A stretch of 64,000 bases of DNA, taken from a virus. The DNA is taken from positions 27,511-91,510 of IMG/VR virus record IMGVR_UViG_3300045588_000033, one strand, 5' to 3'. The translations under genes were made by a program, and so were the position numbers. Below are positions 9,058 through 18,530 of the stretch, piece after piece. Position 1 is the first letter of the stretch; each line of letters opens with the position of its first letter. The notes below the pieces were generated by a model, which worked only from the letters and a program-made list of their open reading frames with translations, ran no database searches and was not told the DNA's origin.

Positions 9058-12000
9058 TGGAAAGACACATAAATACATACCAAGGATTAAATAAAGATAC
9101 TGCTTATGATAGTATACAATCTGAATTATATATTGATGCCAAAGATATTAGGATAACTACTACTAATGGAGAATCTATGGGAGCCTTTACTAACATTAAA
9201 GGTAACCAAGAAGCTTTTACTATTCCTAATGCCTACGGAGCAGGTCTACCTTTTGGACCATGGGCAGCTGTAGGAATCCCTCAAATAATAGGATACACTA
9301 CTATAAGAAATAGGATAGTATTATTTGTAGCAGATGATTCAGAGGCAAACGGTTGGATTTATGTAGTTGAATATAATACAGCTACCAGAGAAATACTTCC
9401 TGGATTTCCAGTATTAAAATATTATAGTCCAATCTTAAACTTTAGTAAGAAATGGCCAATAGAAGCATTAGGTCTATATGAATCTAACTGCATTCAAAAA
9501 GTATATTGGACAGATTACAATAATTACTTTAGAAGTATTAATTTAGAAGATGCTAACTTACTTACATTCCCAGCTTCTTCTGTAGATATTTTTCCAGACA
9601 TTACTTATACTCAACCGCTTTTAAAAGTAATAGCAGGTGGGGGAATAGGTGTGTATGCGGGTGAGTACCAAGTAGCTTATAGATTAATTACATCTGATGG
9701 TAAAGAAACTTTAGTTTCTCCTCCAAGTAATTTAGTACATGTTGTTTCCGATTCGGAAACTACTCAATCTGCTTTTTACAACGGAGATTTAAATGCTACA
9801 ATAGATACAGGTAAAAGTTTAAGTTTCCAAGTAGATACAAGTAACTACGGAGATTTTAATGAAATAGAATTTATAGTAATATATCATTCTTCTCAAGTAT
9901 CATCGCCTGTAGTTAATAGTATAGAAAAGATAAGTATAAATAATCAAACTACTATTAGTTTTACTTATACAGGAAATGAAGGAGCTATAGTACCTATTGA
10001 ATTATTAACATTTACAGCTAAGAATAATCCATTTAAAACTCCTAAAACAATTACTCCTAAAGATAGTTCTTTAGTAATTGCTAATATTAAAAGTTCTACT
10101 GTATCTATAGCAAGTTTATTAGGGCCTAATGAAACTTTTGATTCTAGAACTAATAGATTCTTAAATGACGGAGTAACTTTGCCACATCCACTAACAGGTA
10201 ATCCAGAACAAATAGATGAAGCTAAAACTAAGAATGCTTTTAATGTATCTGTGGATCCTTCTTATAGTGCTAAACCATCTATAGGATTTAACTCAGATGC
10301 GCATTGGGATACTGAATGGCAAACTGCAAAGCAATTTAAATATAAAATTGATGGAGCTACTTTAGGAGGAGATGGTCCTAATATTTCTTATGAATTTCAT
10401 TTAGAAGCTTTTACTTTAGACTCCGCTGTCCCAGGATTCTCAGAAGGAATTCCTACTGTTCCAAATACTCCAGATTTTGTATTAACTCATAATCTTAATG
10501 ACGGTTATGGTACTTACGAGAATACTACTTACCCTAATTTTGCCTCTCCGTTTTTATCGGGGCTAATGCGGGGTTATAAACGGGGGGAAACTTATCGTTT
10601 TGGTATAGTACTGTATACTACTAAAGGAGAAGCTACTTTTGTAGAATACATTGGCGACATCAAGTTTCCAGATATTTCAGAAAGAAACAGCACTGAAACT
10701 ATTCCAGGGACTGGGATAAACTATTGGCCATTATCCTTATCTCCTGCGGATACGGCACAACCACGTACTGTCGGATACTCATTAGGAATAAAATTTAATA
10801 TAGATTTTTCTAGTTGTCCTTTATTAGAATCTCAAATAGAAAGTTATCAAATAGTAAGAGTACAAAGACAAGATGCCGATAAGCGCAGATATTCTCAAGG
10901 TTTAGTAAAAGGATTTTATTTTGCTCCTATTTTAGAAGGTGATGCAGAAGATTTTAATTTACAAATAAATGGCAGCAGCAATGCCTTACATTTATATCCT
11001 TATTATCCAGTAGATAGTGGGACTAATTTATCTAATGCTACTTTTGCCACTCTAGAAGATCAAGAATACGATCCTTCTCCTTATACTCCTGTATATGCAG
11101 ATTATAAAGTTAAAGGACAATACTTAGGGTTTTATTCCCCAGATTTATCATTTAAATTTGGAGATAGTAATACCGCAATGACAGCTTTAAGCAACAACCC
11201 TTGTATGCTAGTAACAGGAGCTTACTACGACTACATGAACTCTTATATTCCAATAGGTGGAAGAGATTTTTCTGCACAAGGTTTGGGACAACATTGTTTT
11301 GATCAAAGATTAACTTCCAGAAGTACTTATCCAACTAGTTTTAATAGTATAGAAAATATTAAACAATTTGCAGATTTAACTTATATGCAAATGCCTGATA
11401 CTGCTAGCTATGAAAACAGTGTTACTTCTGATTACGGAGGATCTTATATGCGCAATTATTACGCAATAGATGATTACAATAAAAAACCTGATGTAAATTT
11501 AAATAAACCACAGGATGGTGCTTCTAATACAGATGTGCCTACTATAAATAAAGCTGGAACAAGTATTATTGGAAGAATTAAAAGGATTACTATAGACCCT
11601 TTAATAGGTACATCCGTAACTCCTTCTGCTTTCGATTATTTTAAAGCCCCTTATACAAATTATATACACGTCAAGACTATAACTTCAGGTGCGCCTAATA
11701 TCGGTATATCAGATTCTACTTTTCCTATTATAGATTATGTACTTCCTAAAAGTGAGGTGTACGGAGGATATAATCAAAGTGCGTTAGAAACTAATATCTT
11801 CATAGGAGCTTCACCTGTAATAGCTAAAACAAATCTTAATCCTAAAGTATTTGGTGGAGATATTTTTGTAAACATGTTTACGCTACAGACACAGACTGTT
11901 GATTTTAATACAGACTTTTATGCTGATAATAAATATCACCAAGATAATACTGAGACACAAGCTTACCCAGTAGAAACACAATTAAATTTAGAATTAGCTG

Positions 12001-13451
12001 CAGGATCTACTTTAAGAACAGAAGTTAAATATACTTTTAGTGGCGAACAACAAACGCACTTTAGACAAGAAACAGAAAATTCTTTTACTAATTACGGTAA
12101 GACTAGTTCATTAATGTATGCTTATAATAATGTTTACTCTAGAGATAACTACGATGTAACTTTCTTTATAGAACCTGTCAACGGCAATAACTGTTCTATA
12201 AAAGTAAATGATGTTAGGGCTTATTTATCTAGTGTAAAAATTAATGGTGAGACTATAGATTCTTGGACAAAGTTTGGTGCTAATAATTATTATGATATAG
12301 ATGACTACGGTCCTATTAATAAAATAATTAACTGGAAAGACACTGTGCATTTTGTGCAAGATAGGGGGATAGGAATTTACGCTATTAATAGAGCTGCCGT
12401 AACTACTACTGCTGACGGAGTTCCTACTCAACTAGGTACAGGATTAGGTTTTGGTAAGCATCAATATTTTTCTAAAGAAAATGGATCTATTCACCAATGG
12501 GGAGTTAAGACTACTAATTCGGGTTTATACATATTTGATGCTATTAGAAGAAAATTACTAGTAGGTGTTGGCGGAGGGCAGTTAACTATGTTATCGGAGA
12601 TAACAGGTTTACATTCATTATTTCAACAATTGCCTGAAACTACTTTTTTACGTAAAGAAAATGATGGAGATAATCCTATATTAGGAAAAGGAATTACTAT
12701 TGGAAAAGACCCTATTAATGATGAGGTTATATTTACTTTCTTAGAAGAAGCTAACTATTTAACTTTAGGTTTAAATACTACTTACCTAGTAGGAAGTGTT
12801 ATTTATCTAGGAGAAGGTTACGGATATGTTGAAGTAACTACTCAATTTACTACAGGAAGTAATAAACTATTAAATATAGGAATTGCTTTAGCAAACTCCG
12901 TTGCTTATACTCCTAAAAATGTTTCTATAGTATACGATGAATTAGCACAAAAATTCTCTTCTATATATTCAGCAACTCCTACACTGTGGATAGACAACGG
13001 TGATATATTATTAAGTCCTAATCCAACAGCCAATAATGTAATCTATACTCACAATATAGGAAACTACGGAGAATTTTATGATAATGTAGAAGAAGCTTCT
13101 GTTACATTAGTAATTAATCCGCAGGCAGATATTAATAAAATACTAAGAACATTAGAATTTAATTCTATCGTCAGAGATGATGCTAAAGTAATTGACAGAA
13201 ATATCACTATTACAGCATTTAGAATACAAACACAAGTACAGGATACAGGTAAGGTATTATTTTCATCAGGTAGAATTAAACGTAAATTTGATAAATGGAG
13301 AGTTAAAATTCCTAGAGATATAAACACAACTAATCAAAAAGGACGTTTAAGAAGTTCACATTTTATTGTAACTTTATACTTTGACAATACGGCAAACAAA
13401 CAACTTATAATGAATCGTTTAATGTCTTACTTCGATTATCAGATATTCTAA
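9057..13451 (+). CDS. Tail stabilization/muzzle protein (P22 gp10-like)
   Basis: 1464 aa; GLNKD N-terminus, YWTDYNN, GYKRGETYRFGIV, FGGDIFV and RKFDKWR motifs of the crAss muzzle family. Confidence 0.8.
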   Translation: MERHINTYQGLNKDTAYDSIQSELYIDAKDIRITTTNGESMGAFTNIKGNQEAFTIPNAYGAGLPFGPWAAVGIPQIIGYTTIRNRIVLFVADDSEANGWIYVVEYNTATREILPGFPVLKYYSPILNFSKKWPIEALGLYESNCIQKVYWTDYNNYFRSINLEDANLLTFPASSVDIFPDITYTQPLLKVIAGGGIGVYAGEYQVAYRLITSDGKETLVSPPSNLVHVVSDSETTQSAFYNGDLNATIDTGKSLSFQVDTSNYGDFNEIEFIVIYHSSQVSSPVVNSIEKISINNQTTISFTYTGNEGAIVPIELLTFTAKNNPFKTPKTITPKDSSLVIANIKSSTVSIASLLGPNETFDSRTNRFLNDGVTLPHPLTGNPEQIDEAKTKNAFNVSVDPSYSAKPSIGFNSDAHWDTEWQTAKQFKYKIDGATLGGDGPNISYEFHLEAFTLDSAVPGFSEGIPTVPNTPDFVLTHNLNDGYGTYENTTYPNFASPFLSGLMRGYKRGETYRFGIVLYTTKGEATFVEYIGDIKFPDISERNSTETIPGTGINYWPLSLSPADTAQPRTVGYSLGIKFNIDFSSCPLLESQIESYQIVRVQRQDADKRRYSQGLVKGFYFAPILEGDAEDFNLQINGSSNALHLYPYYPVDSGTNLSNATFATLEDQEYDPSPYTPVYADYKVKGQYLGFYSPDLSFKFGDSNTAMTALSNNPCMLVTGAYYDYMNSYIPIGGRDFSAQGLGQHCFDQRLTSRSTYPTSFNSIENIKQFADLTYMQMPDTASYENSVTSDYGGSYMRNYYAIDDYNKKPDVNLNKPQDGASNTDVPTINKAGTSIIGRIKRITIDPLIGTSVTPSAFDYFKAPYTNYIHVKTITSGAPNIGISDSTFPIIDYVLPKSEVYGGYNQSALETNIFIGASPVIAKTNLNPKVFGGDIFVNMFTLQTQTVDFNTDFYADNKYHQDNTETQAYPVETQLNLELAAGSTLRTEVKYTFSGEQQTHFRQETENSFTNYGKTSSLMYAYNNVYSRDNYDVTFFIEPVNGNNCSIKVNDVRAYLSSVKINGETIDSWTKFGANNYYDIDDYGPINKIINWKDTVHFVQDRGIGIYAINRAAVTTTADGVPTQLGTGLGFGKHQYFSKENGSIHQWGVKTTNSGLYIFDAIRRKLLVGVGGGQLTMLSEITGLHSLFQQLPETTFLRKENDGDNPILGKGITIGKDPINDEVIFTFLEEANYLTLGLNTTYLVGSVIYLGEGYGYVEVTTQFTTGSNKLLNIGIALANSVAYTPKNVSIVYDELAQKFSSIYSATPTLWIDNGDILLSPNPTANNVIYTHNIGNYGEFYDNVEEASVTLVINPQADINKILRTLEFNSIVRDDAKVIDRNITITAFRIQTQVQDTGKVLFSSGRIKRKFDKWRVKIPRDINTTNQKGRLRSSHFIVTLYFDNTANKQLIMNRLMSYFDYQIF

Positions 13452-14293
13452 TGAAAAAAACTCCTAAAAATATACCAAGCCCTTATAAGTTCCCAGGTAC
13501 ACCTATCTTTAGAGATACTACTGCTTTACCTTTTGCTGACGGAGGCCCATTAAACGATAGGACTAATCATGGTGAAATATTAAACAGTGTTTATGCATCT
13601 GCTTTAGGTAATTACTATGCAAATGGAGGAATGCTTAAAAGAGCAGATGGTTCTTATTCTCCTCGTGGATTATGGGATAATATTAGAGCTAATGCTGGGT
13701 CTGGAAAAGCGCCTACTAAAGAAATGTTAGCGCAAGAAAAAAAGATTAGTAGAAACTATAAAGACGGAGGACAATTTCAAGGTAATTATTCTTTACCTGA
13801 AGATAGTTTTAGACAAGGAGGAAATAATTTACACGATAGTATTTATGCATCTTCTCCTCAACAGTACCCAGGGATTTATAATTTAGGAGGTAATTTAGAT
13901 GATAGACAACAAATGTATATGCCACTTGACCATGTTACTCGTAACGGTGGAAGTATACTATCAATGTCTAATACTCCACAAATGGAAGGAGAAGGAAAAG
14001 ATTTGACTTATCCTGAAGATTCTTATACTTATGCTGATGGAGGACCTTTATATACTTATGCAGGCAGACCTGGAGCTAAGTATCAAAAAGATACTCAAGG
14101 AAATTGGTTAATAAATACAAGTGGAGAAGAATTTACTCCTATAAAAGACCCGACAGGAAAGAGAAGTGCAATCTTAAATAAGAATGCTACTATTTATACA
14201 AATCCTGCTAAGTTTAAAAGAGAGTATGATCCTTTGTTAGATATTCCTGCTGCTTTATCAAATCCTGAACAAGAAAAACCTAAAGGATTATAA
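13451..14293 (+). CDS. Cargo/internal virion protein with repeated [FY]xxGG motifs
   Basis: FADGG, YANGG, YKDGG, YNLGG and YADGG motifs; follows the muzzle gene. Confidence 0.6.
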   Translation: MKKTPKNIPSPYKFPGTPIFRDTTALPFADGGPLNDRTNHGEILNSVYASALGNYYANGGMLKRADGSYSPRGLWDNIRANAGSGKAPTKEMLAQEKKISRNYKDGGQFQGNYSLPEDSFRQGGNNLHDSIYASSPQQYPGIYNLGGNLDDRQQMYMPLDHVTRNGGSILSMSNTPQMEGEGKDLTYPEDSYTYADGGPLYTYAGRPGAKYQKDTQGNWLINTSGEEFTPIKDPTGKRSAILNKNATIYTNPAKFKREYDPLLDIPAALSNPEQEKPKGL

Positions 14294-14343
14294 TATTAAA
14301 AAAATAAATAAAAAATTGTATCTTTACACATAAAATTGCGTAT

Positions 14344-17300
14344 ATGTCTGATAATTTAACTTACGGTGATATTCCTCCTCAAATACAGCAGTATTTGGCT
14401 AGGCCTGGTGTTAATAAACAAAAGGCTTTAGAATGGTTTAATTTAGGTATATCTGAACCACAGACATATAACCAAGCTAAGTTATTAGCAGAAGCTGTTG
14501 GTAATTCTCCTGAGCAAGCAAAAGTAGTTGCAGGACAATGGCAATTAGAATCAGGAGGCGGTGCTAGCGTAGGTGCTAATTATAATTATTTTGGTATTAA
14601 ATCACACGATAAAGCTACAAGAGATAAGTTAAGTGCGAGAGGTATAGCAGTAACTGCAGGAGCAGAAACAGGAACAGGTGAAGTTTTTGGCGGTAAGAAA
14701 GTAAAACAACAATCTAGTTTCATGGAGTTTCCTAGTTCTTTTGATGCTTTTCAAGCTCATAGAGTATTCTTAGAAACAAATCCTAGATATGAAGGAGCCT
14801 TAGCAGCAGAGACTGCTAAAGATTTTGCCCTAGGTTTAGAAGCAGCTGGCTATGCTACTGCTCCTAATTATGGCAGCACTTTGTATAATAGTTATGTAGC
14901 ACCTAAAGAAAAAAGACCTGCTTCAGGTGATGTACGCCCAGCAAGTTTAGGTAAAACTAAATCTAAGTTAGGAACTTCTTTACCTAATCAGCAGCCTATA
15001 GTACTTCCAAGTATGCAAACTAAATCTCCTGAACTTATTACAGATACTTTAGGAGTTAGACCAGAAATTTCTACTAGCCCTTCTCAAGCTAATTATATTC
15101 CAGAAAACTCTGCACCAATAGTAATGCCTGAAAGTCAAGCTATGAAGTTGACTACTCCCGCAGGATGGTTCGGTAGTGGTAAAAGTATTTTTGCAAATGG
15201 AGGACATTTATATCCAGATGGAGGAAAAGTAGGTTCTTCAAGTGGCTATGCTGCATCTAGAAATCCTAATGCATGGAGAGCAGAGTATGCTCCTCTAAGT
15301 TATAATTATAATGACTATTTAAATTCTGTAGGATATAGAGTAGGAGTAAGTACTCCTAATGTTTTTCCTAATATATCAGGTAAAAAGTCTAGTAAAATAG
15401 ATGCTAAATTTCCAGCATCTATAGACGTATATCAAGATTATCACGATAGTAGTAGAGCTTTTGAAAAAGATCCTACTAAATATAATATACCTGGAGAATA
15501 CGAAGGTATTAATACACCCACAGCTATTAATCCTCTTGATATAAGCCATATTCCCTATGAACGTGGAGTACGGCCTGCTAATTTAGGTATTGAAGGTAGA
15601 TTTGGCGTACATGGTTTACCTGGTTCTGCTAATGCAGAAGGCAGTAGAGTTAATGCAAGACTAGAGGCTATAGCAGGCTATAGTAAACATAAAAAAGGAT
15701 ACGCAGGATTTGAACCAGGAGTAGATTGGAAATATAGTAAAAAAGATCCAGGAAATCTAAACGGTATGCTAAATACCAAAATAGGTGCAGGATGGCCTTT
15801 ACAAGTTACTGGTAAAGCTCCTTATAGTTATGTAGACACTTATGCACCTAATGTGCCTGAAAATACAGCGCCAACTGATGTAGGCAAGTATGAAGAAATA
15901 TTAGGAAAGGGAGCTCCTAGTAGAATGCAGATGGGGCCTAAATTTACAGCTCAAGCAGATTTTACTGCTAGTAAAGGCCCGTTAAGAGGTGCTCAAATTG
16001 GTGCTAGAGGTAGTGCATTATTTGATTATAATTCAGGTGAAAATACTTATCATAGTGTAAACACTTTAAATTCCGATTCAACAGCAGTTCTAGGACAGGC
16101 AGGTAATGTAGATTTTGCAAGAAAGCAACCTATTTTAAATGCTGAGATATTTGGAAGTTACCCTATAAAAGCTGCTGCACAAAAATTAAATATACAAGAT
16201 AAAATAGCGGCAGCTAAAGAAAAAGACGATAGAATATTTAATGATGTTACTATAAGCGGCCCTAGTGGAAATATGGGGATGCCTAGTTTTAATAAAACAA
16301 TACCAACAAATAATAATCCAGTTGGCGCTATGCCAGGATTCTCGCCAGAAACAAACTCACCTGTTTCTGAAGAATTTACACAAGAAAGATATAATACAAA
16401 TCCTATGATGGAATATGCAAAAGGCGGCAACATGTACGCTAACGGAGGTTCTTTTAACAACAAAGGTTTTAGATCACTGCCTACTAATGTGCAGAATAAA
16501 ATTAAATCTAACTCATTTGCTGATGGCGGTCCTATGGGACAGTTAACAGAATTTAATGGTGGAGGAACTCACGAAGAGAATCCATTAGGAGGAATACCTC
16601 AAGGTACAGCTCCTGACGGTGCTGTAAATTTAGTAGAGTCTGGTGAGACTAAATTAAATGCTGAGAATTATATTTTCTCTGACCAAATTAAAATAACAAA
16701 AGAAATTGCTAAAGAATTTAATCTTCCTGAGAAATTAGTAGGAAGAACTTACGCAGAAGCATCTAAGAAAGTTAACTATTCTGACTCTAGAAGAGAACCA
16801 GGATACGATACTATTCAAGATAATAGTAGCAAGAAGAATTTAGATACATTAATGCGAGGACAAGAACTTCAAAAACAAATGGAAGTTCAAAAAAAATTAG
16901 GAGAAATTCAATCTTTAGACCCTAATGCATTAGCACAAATAGCACAATCTTACCAACCACAAGGAATGCCTCCACAAGGAGGAGCTCCTCAAGGTATGGA
17001 ACAAGAAATGCCTCAAGGACAACCATCTCCTGAAGAAATGGCGATGATGCAACAAGGTCAAGGACAACCTCCTATGGATCCAGCAATGATGGAACAAATG
17101 ATGGCTCAACAAGGAGGACAACCTATGACAATGCAATACGGAGGACCAATGTCCTATAAGTGTGGCGGTAATATGTATGACTTTGGTGGTACTATGCGTA
17201 CTATTGGTTCAGGTGCTTACGGTGTTGGTGAAGGTCTTTTAGATACTTTAACTATGGGAGCAACTGATGCTTTAACAGATAAAGGATACGAAGCTTTAAA

Positions 17301-18522
17301 TAATATGGGCAATCTTTCCGATACAGAAAAAGAAAAAAATGCTTCTGTTAGAGGATTTAGTAATGCTGCTGGCGCTATAGGTGGAGCAGTTTTAACTGGT
17401 GGGGCTACTACAGGAGCTGCAATTTCTGAAGGTTCAGAAGGACTAGCTACGGGATTAACTGGTCTAAAAGGTACTAACGAAAAGTTTGACAATATTGCAA
17501 ACTCACTTGGACAAGTAGGTTCGATAGCAGGAGGTTTTGTAGGAGGAAATCCTAGTGAAGCTATGGGAGCAATGGCTGGAAGTAAAGGAGCAAATGCTTT
17601 AATGCAGTTAGGAAGTAATCCAATGGCAGGAAATATTGCTAATATGGGACAAATGGCTAGTAATTTTGCTGATGGCGGGCACTTATATCCTGGCAATTAC
17701 CCAACCTATAAAGACAATGCTGGCCCAATGGGACAACCATTAACTAATATGTACGCAGGTGGTGGATATAAAGAAGAGGATATCTATAGTCCTGACCCTA
17801 ATTCAATAGTTACAGATGATACCTTAGCGCAGGAAGCTTATGATGCAAAAAATTATTTAGCAGGATTACCGAATCCTGATGGATCTTATAGTCCTATTTC
17901 AGGATTTAAAACTGATCAATCTACTACAAATATGCCTTCTGGATATACAGAAAATCTAGGAACTTATGCTGCAGGCATGGCTCCTATTATCTATAATGCT
18001 TATCAAGGATTCTTAGCTAAAAAATCACCTTTGCCGAGTATTGAATCCATGACTGCTAGTTATGATCCTTACCGACAAAATATAGCACCACAGTTAACAG
18101 CTGCAGATAGAGCTTTAGCAACTAGTCAACGTGCTGCTAAAGATGTTGCATCTGGAGGTGGGAGTTATATGGCTAACATGCAAAATTCTGCTAATCAATA
18201 TAGAGATTATATTGATGAAGTAACTACAGGGAGAGAAAATGCTTACGGCCTTGCTAAACAAGAAGCTGACAAGTATAAAAATAAAAACAAAGTAGATGCT
18301 ACTATGGCTAGATGGCAATTAGAAGCGCAGATGAAAGCTGCTAGACAAGAACATCAAAAAGAAGCATTATCGGGTATTAAATCTTATAGTGACGCACAAA
18401 AACAAAATGCTTTAGCAAGTGATTTTAATACAATGGCTGGTGAAGGTAATTATAGTTATGTTTACACTCCTTATTTAAAATCTTTGCAAGAAAAAAATAA
18501 AGGAAAGAAATCTAATAAATAA
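14344..18522 (+). CDS. Cargo protein 1-like with N-terminal GH73 (FlgJ-type) peptidoglycan hydrolase
   Basis: QWQLESG..NYNYFGIK..NPRY..AAGYATAPNY is the GH73 signature; GGTHEENPLGG cargo motif; Q/M/P-rich linker; Gly/Ala-rich hydrophobic segment. Confidence 0.75.
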   Translation: MSDNLTYGDIPPQIQQYLARPGVNKQKALEWFNLGISEPQTYNQAKLLAEAVGNSPEQAKVVAGQWQLESGGGASVGANYNYFGIKSHDKATRDKLSARGIAVTAGAETGTGEVFGGKKVKQQSSFMEFPSSFDAFQAHRVFLETNPRYEGALAAETAKDFALGLEAAGYATAPNYGSTLYNSYVAPKEKRPASGDVRPASLGKTKSKLGTSLPNQQPIVLPSMQTKSPELITDTLGVRPEISTSPSQANYIPENSAPIVMPESQAMKLTTPAGWFGSGKSIFANGGHLYPDGGKVGSSSGYAASRNPNAWRAEYAPLSYNYNDYLNSVGYRVGVSTPNVFPNISGKKSSKIDAKFPASIDVYQDYHDSSRAFEKDPTKYNIPGEYEGINTPTAINPLDISHIPYERGVRPANLGIEGRFGVHGLPGSANAEGSRVNARLEAIAGYSKHKKGYAGFEPGVDWKYSKKDPGNLNGMLNTKIGAGWPLQVTGKAPYSYVDTYAPNVPENTAPTDVGKYEEILGKGAPSRMQMGPKFTAQADFTASKGPLRGAQIGARGSALFDYNSGENTYHSVNTLNSDSTAVLGQAGNVDFARKQPILNAEIFGSYPIKAAAQKLNIQDKIAAAKEKDDRIFNDVTISGPSGNMGMPSFNKTIPTNNNPVGAMPGFSPETNSPVSEEFTQERYNTNPMMEYAKGGNMYANGGSFNNKGFRSLPTNVQNKIKSNSFADGGPMGQLTEFNGGGTHEENPLGGIPQGTAPDGAVNLVESGETKLNAENYIFSDQIKITKEIAKEFNLPEKLVGRTYAEASKKVNYSDSRREPGYDTIQDNSSKKNLDTLMRGQELQKQMEVQKKLGEIQSLDPNALAQIAQSYQPQGMPPQGGAPQGMEQEMPQGQPSPEEMAMMQQGQGQPPMDPAMMEQMMAQQGGQPMTMQYGGPMSYKCGGNMYDFGGTMRTIGSGAYGVGEGLLDTLTMGATDALTDKGYEALNNMGNLSDTEKEKNASVRGFSNAAGAIGGAVLTGGATTGAAISEGSEGLATGLTGLKGTNEKFDNIANSLGQVGSIAGGFVGGNPSEAMGAMAGSKGANALMQLGSNPMAGNIANMGQMASNFADGGHLYPGNYPTYKDNAGPMGQPLTNMYAGGGYKEEDIYSPDPNSIVTDDTLAQEAYDAKNYLAGLPNPDGSYSPISGFKTDQSTTNMPSGYTENLGTYAAGMAPIIYNAYQGFLAKKSPLPSIESMTASYDPYRQNIAPQLTAADRALATSQRAAKDVASGGGSYMANMQNSANQYRDYIDEVTTGRENAYGLAKQEADKYKNKNKVDATMARWQLEAQMKAARQEHQKEALSGIKSYSDAQKQNALASDFNTMAGEGNYSYVYTPYLKSLQEKNKGKKSNK

Positions 18523-18530
18523 GATTAATT

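Noticed and set aside
16940-17150. Gln/Met/Pro-rich repeat as a DNA repeat element
   Set aside because: It is a low-complexity protein linker (PQG/MxQ) without exact DNA periodicity
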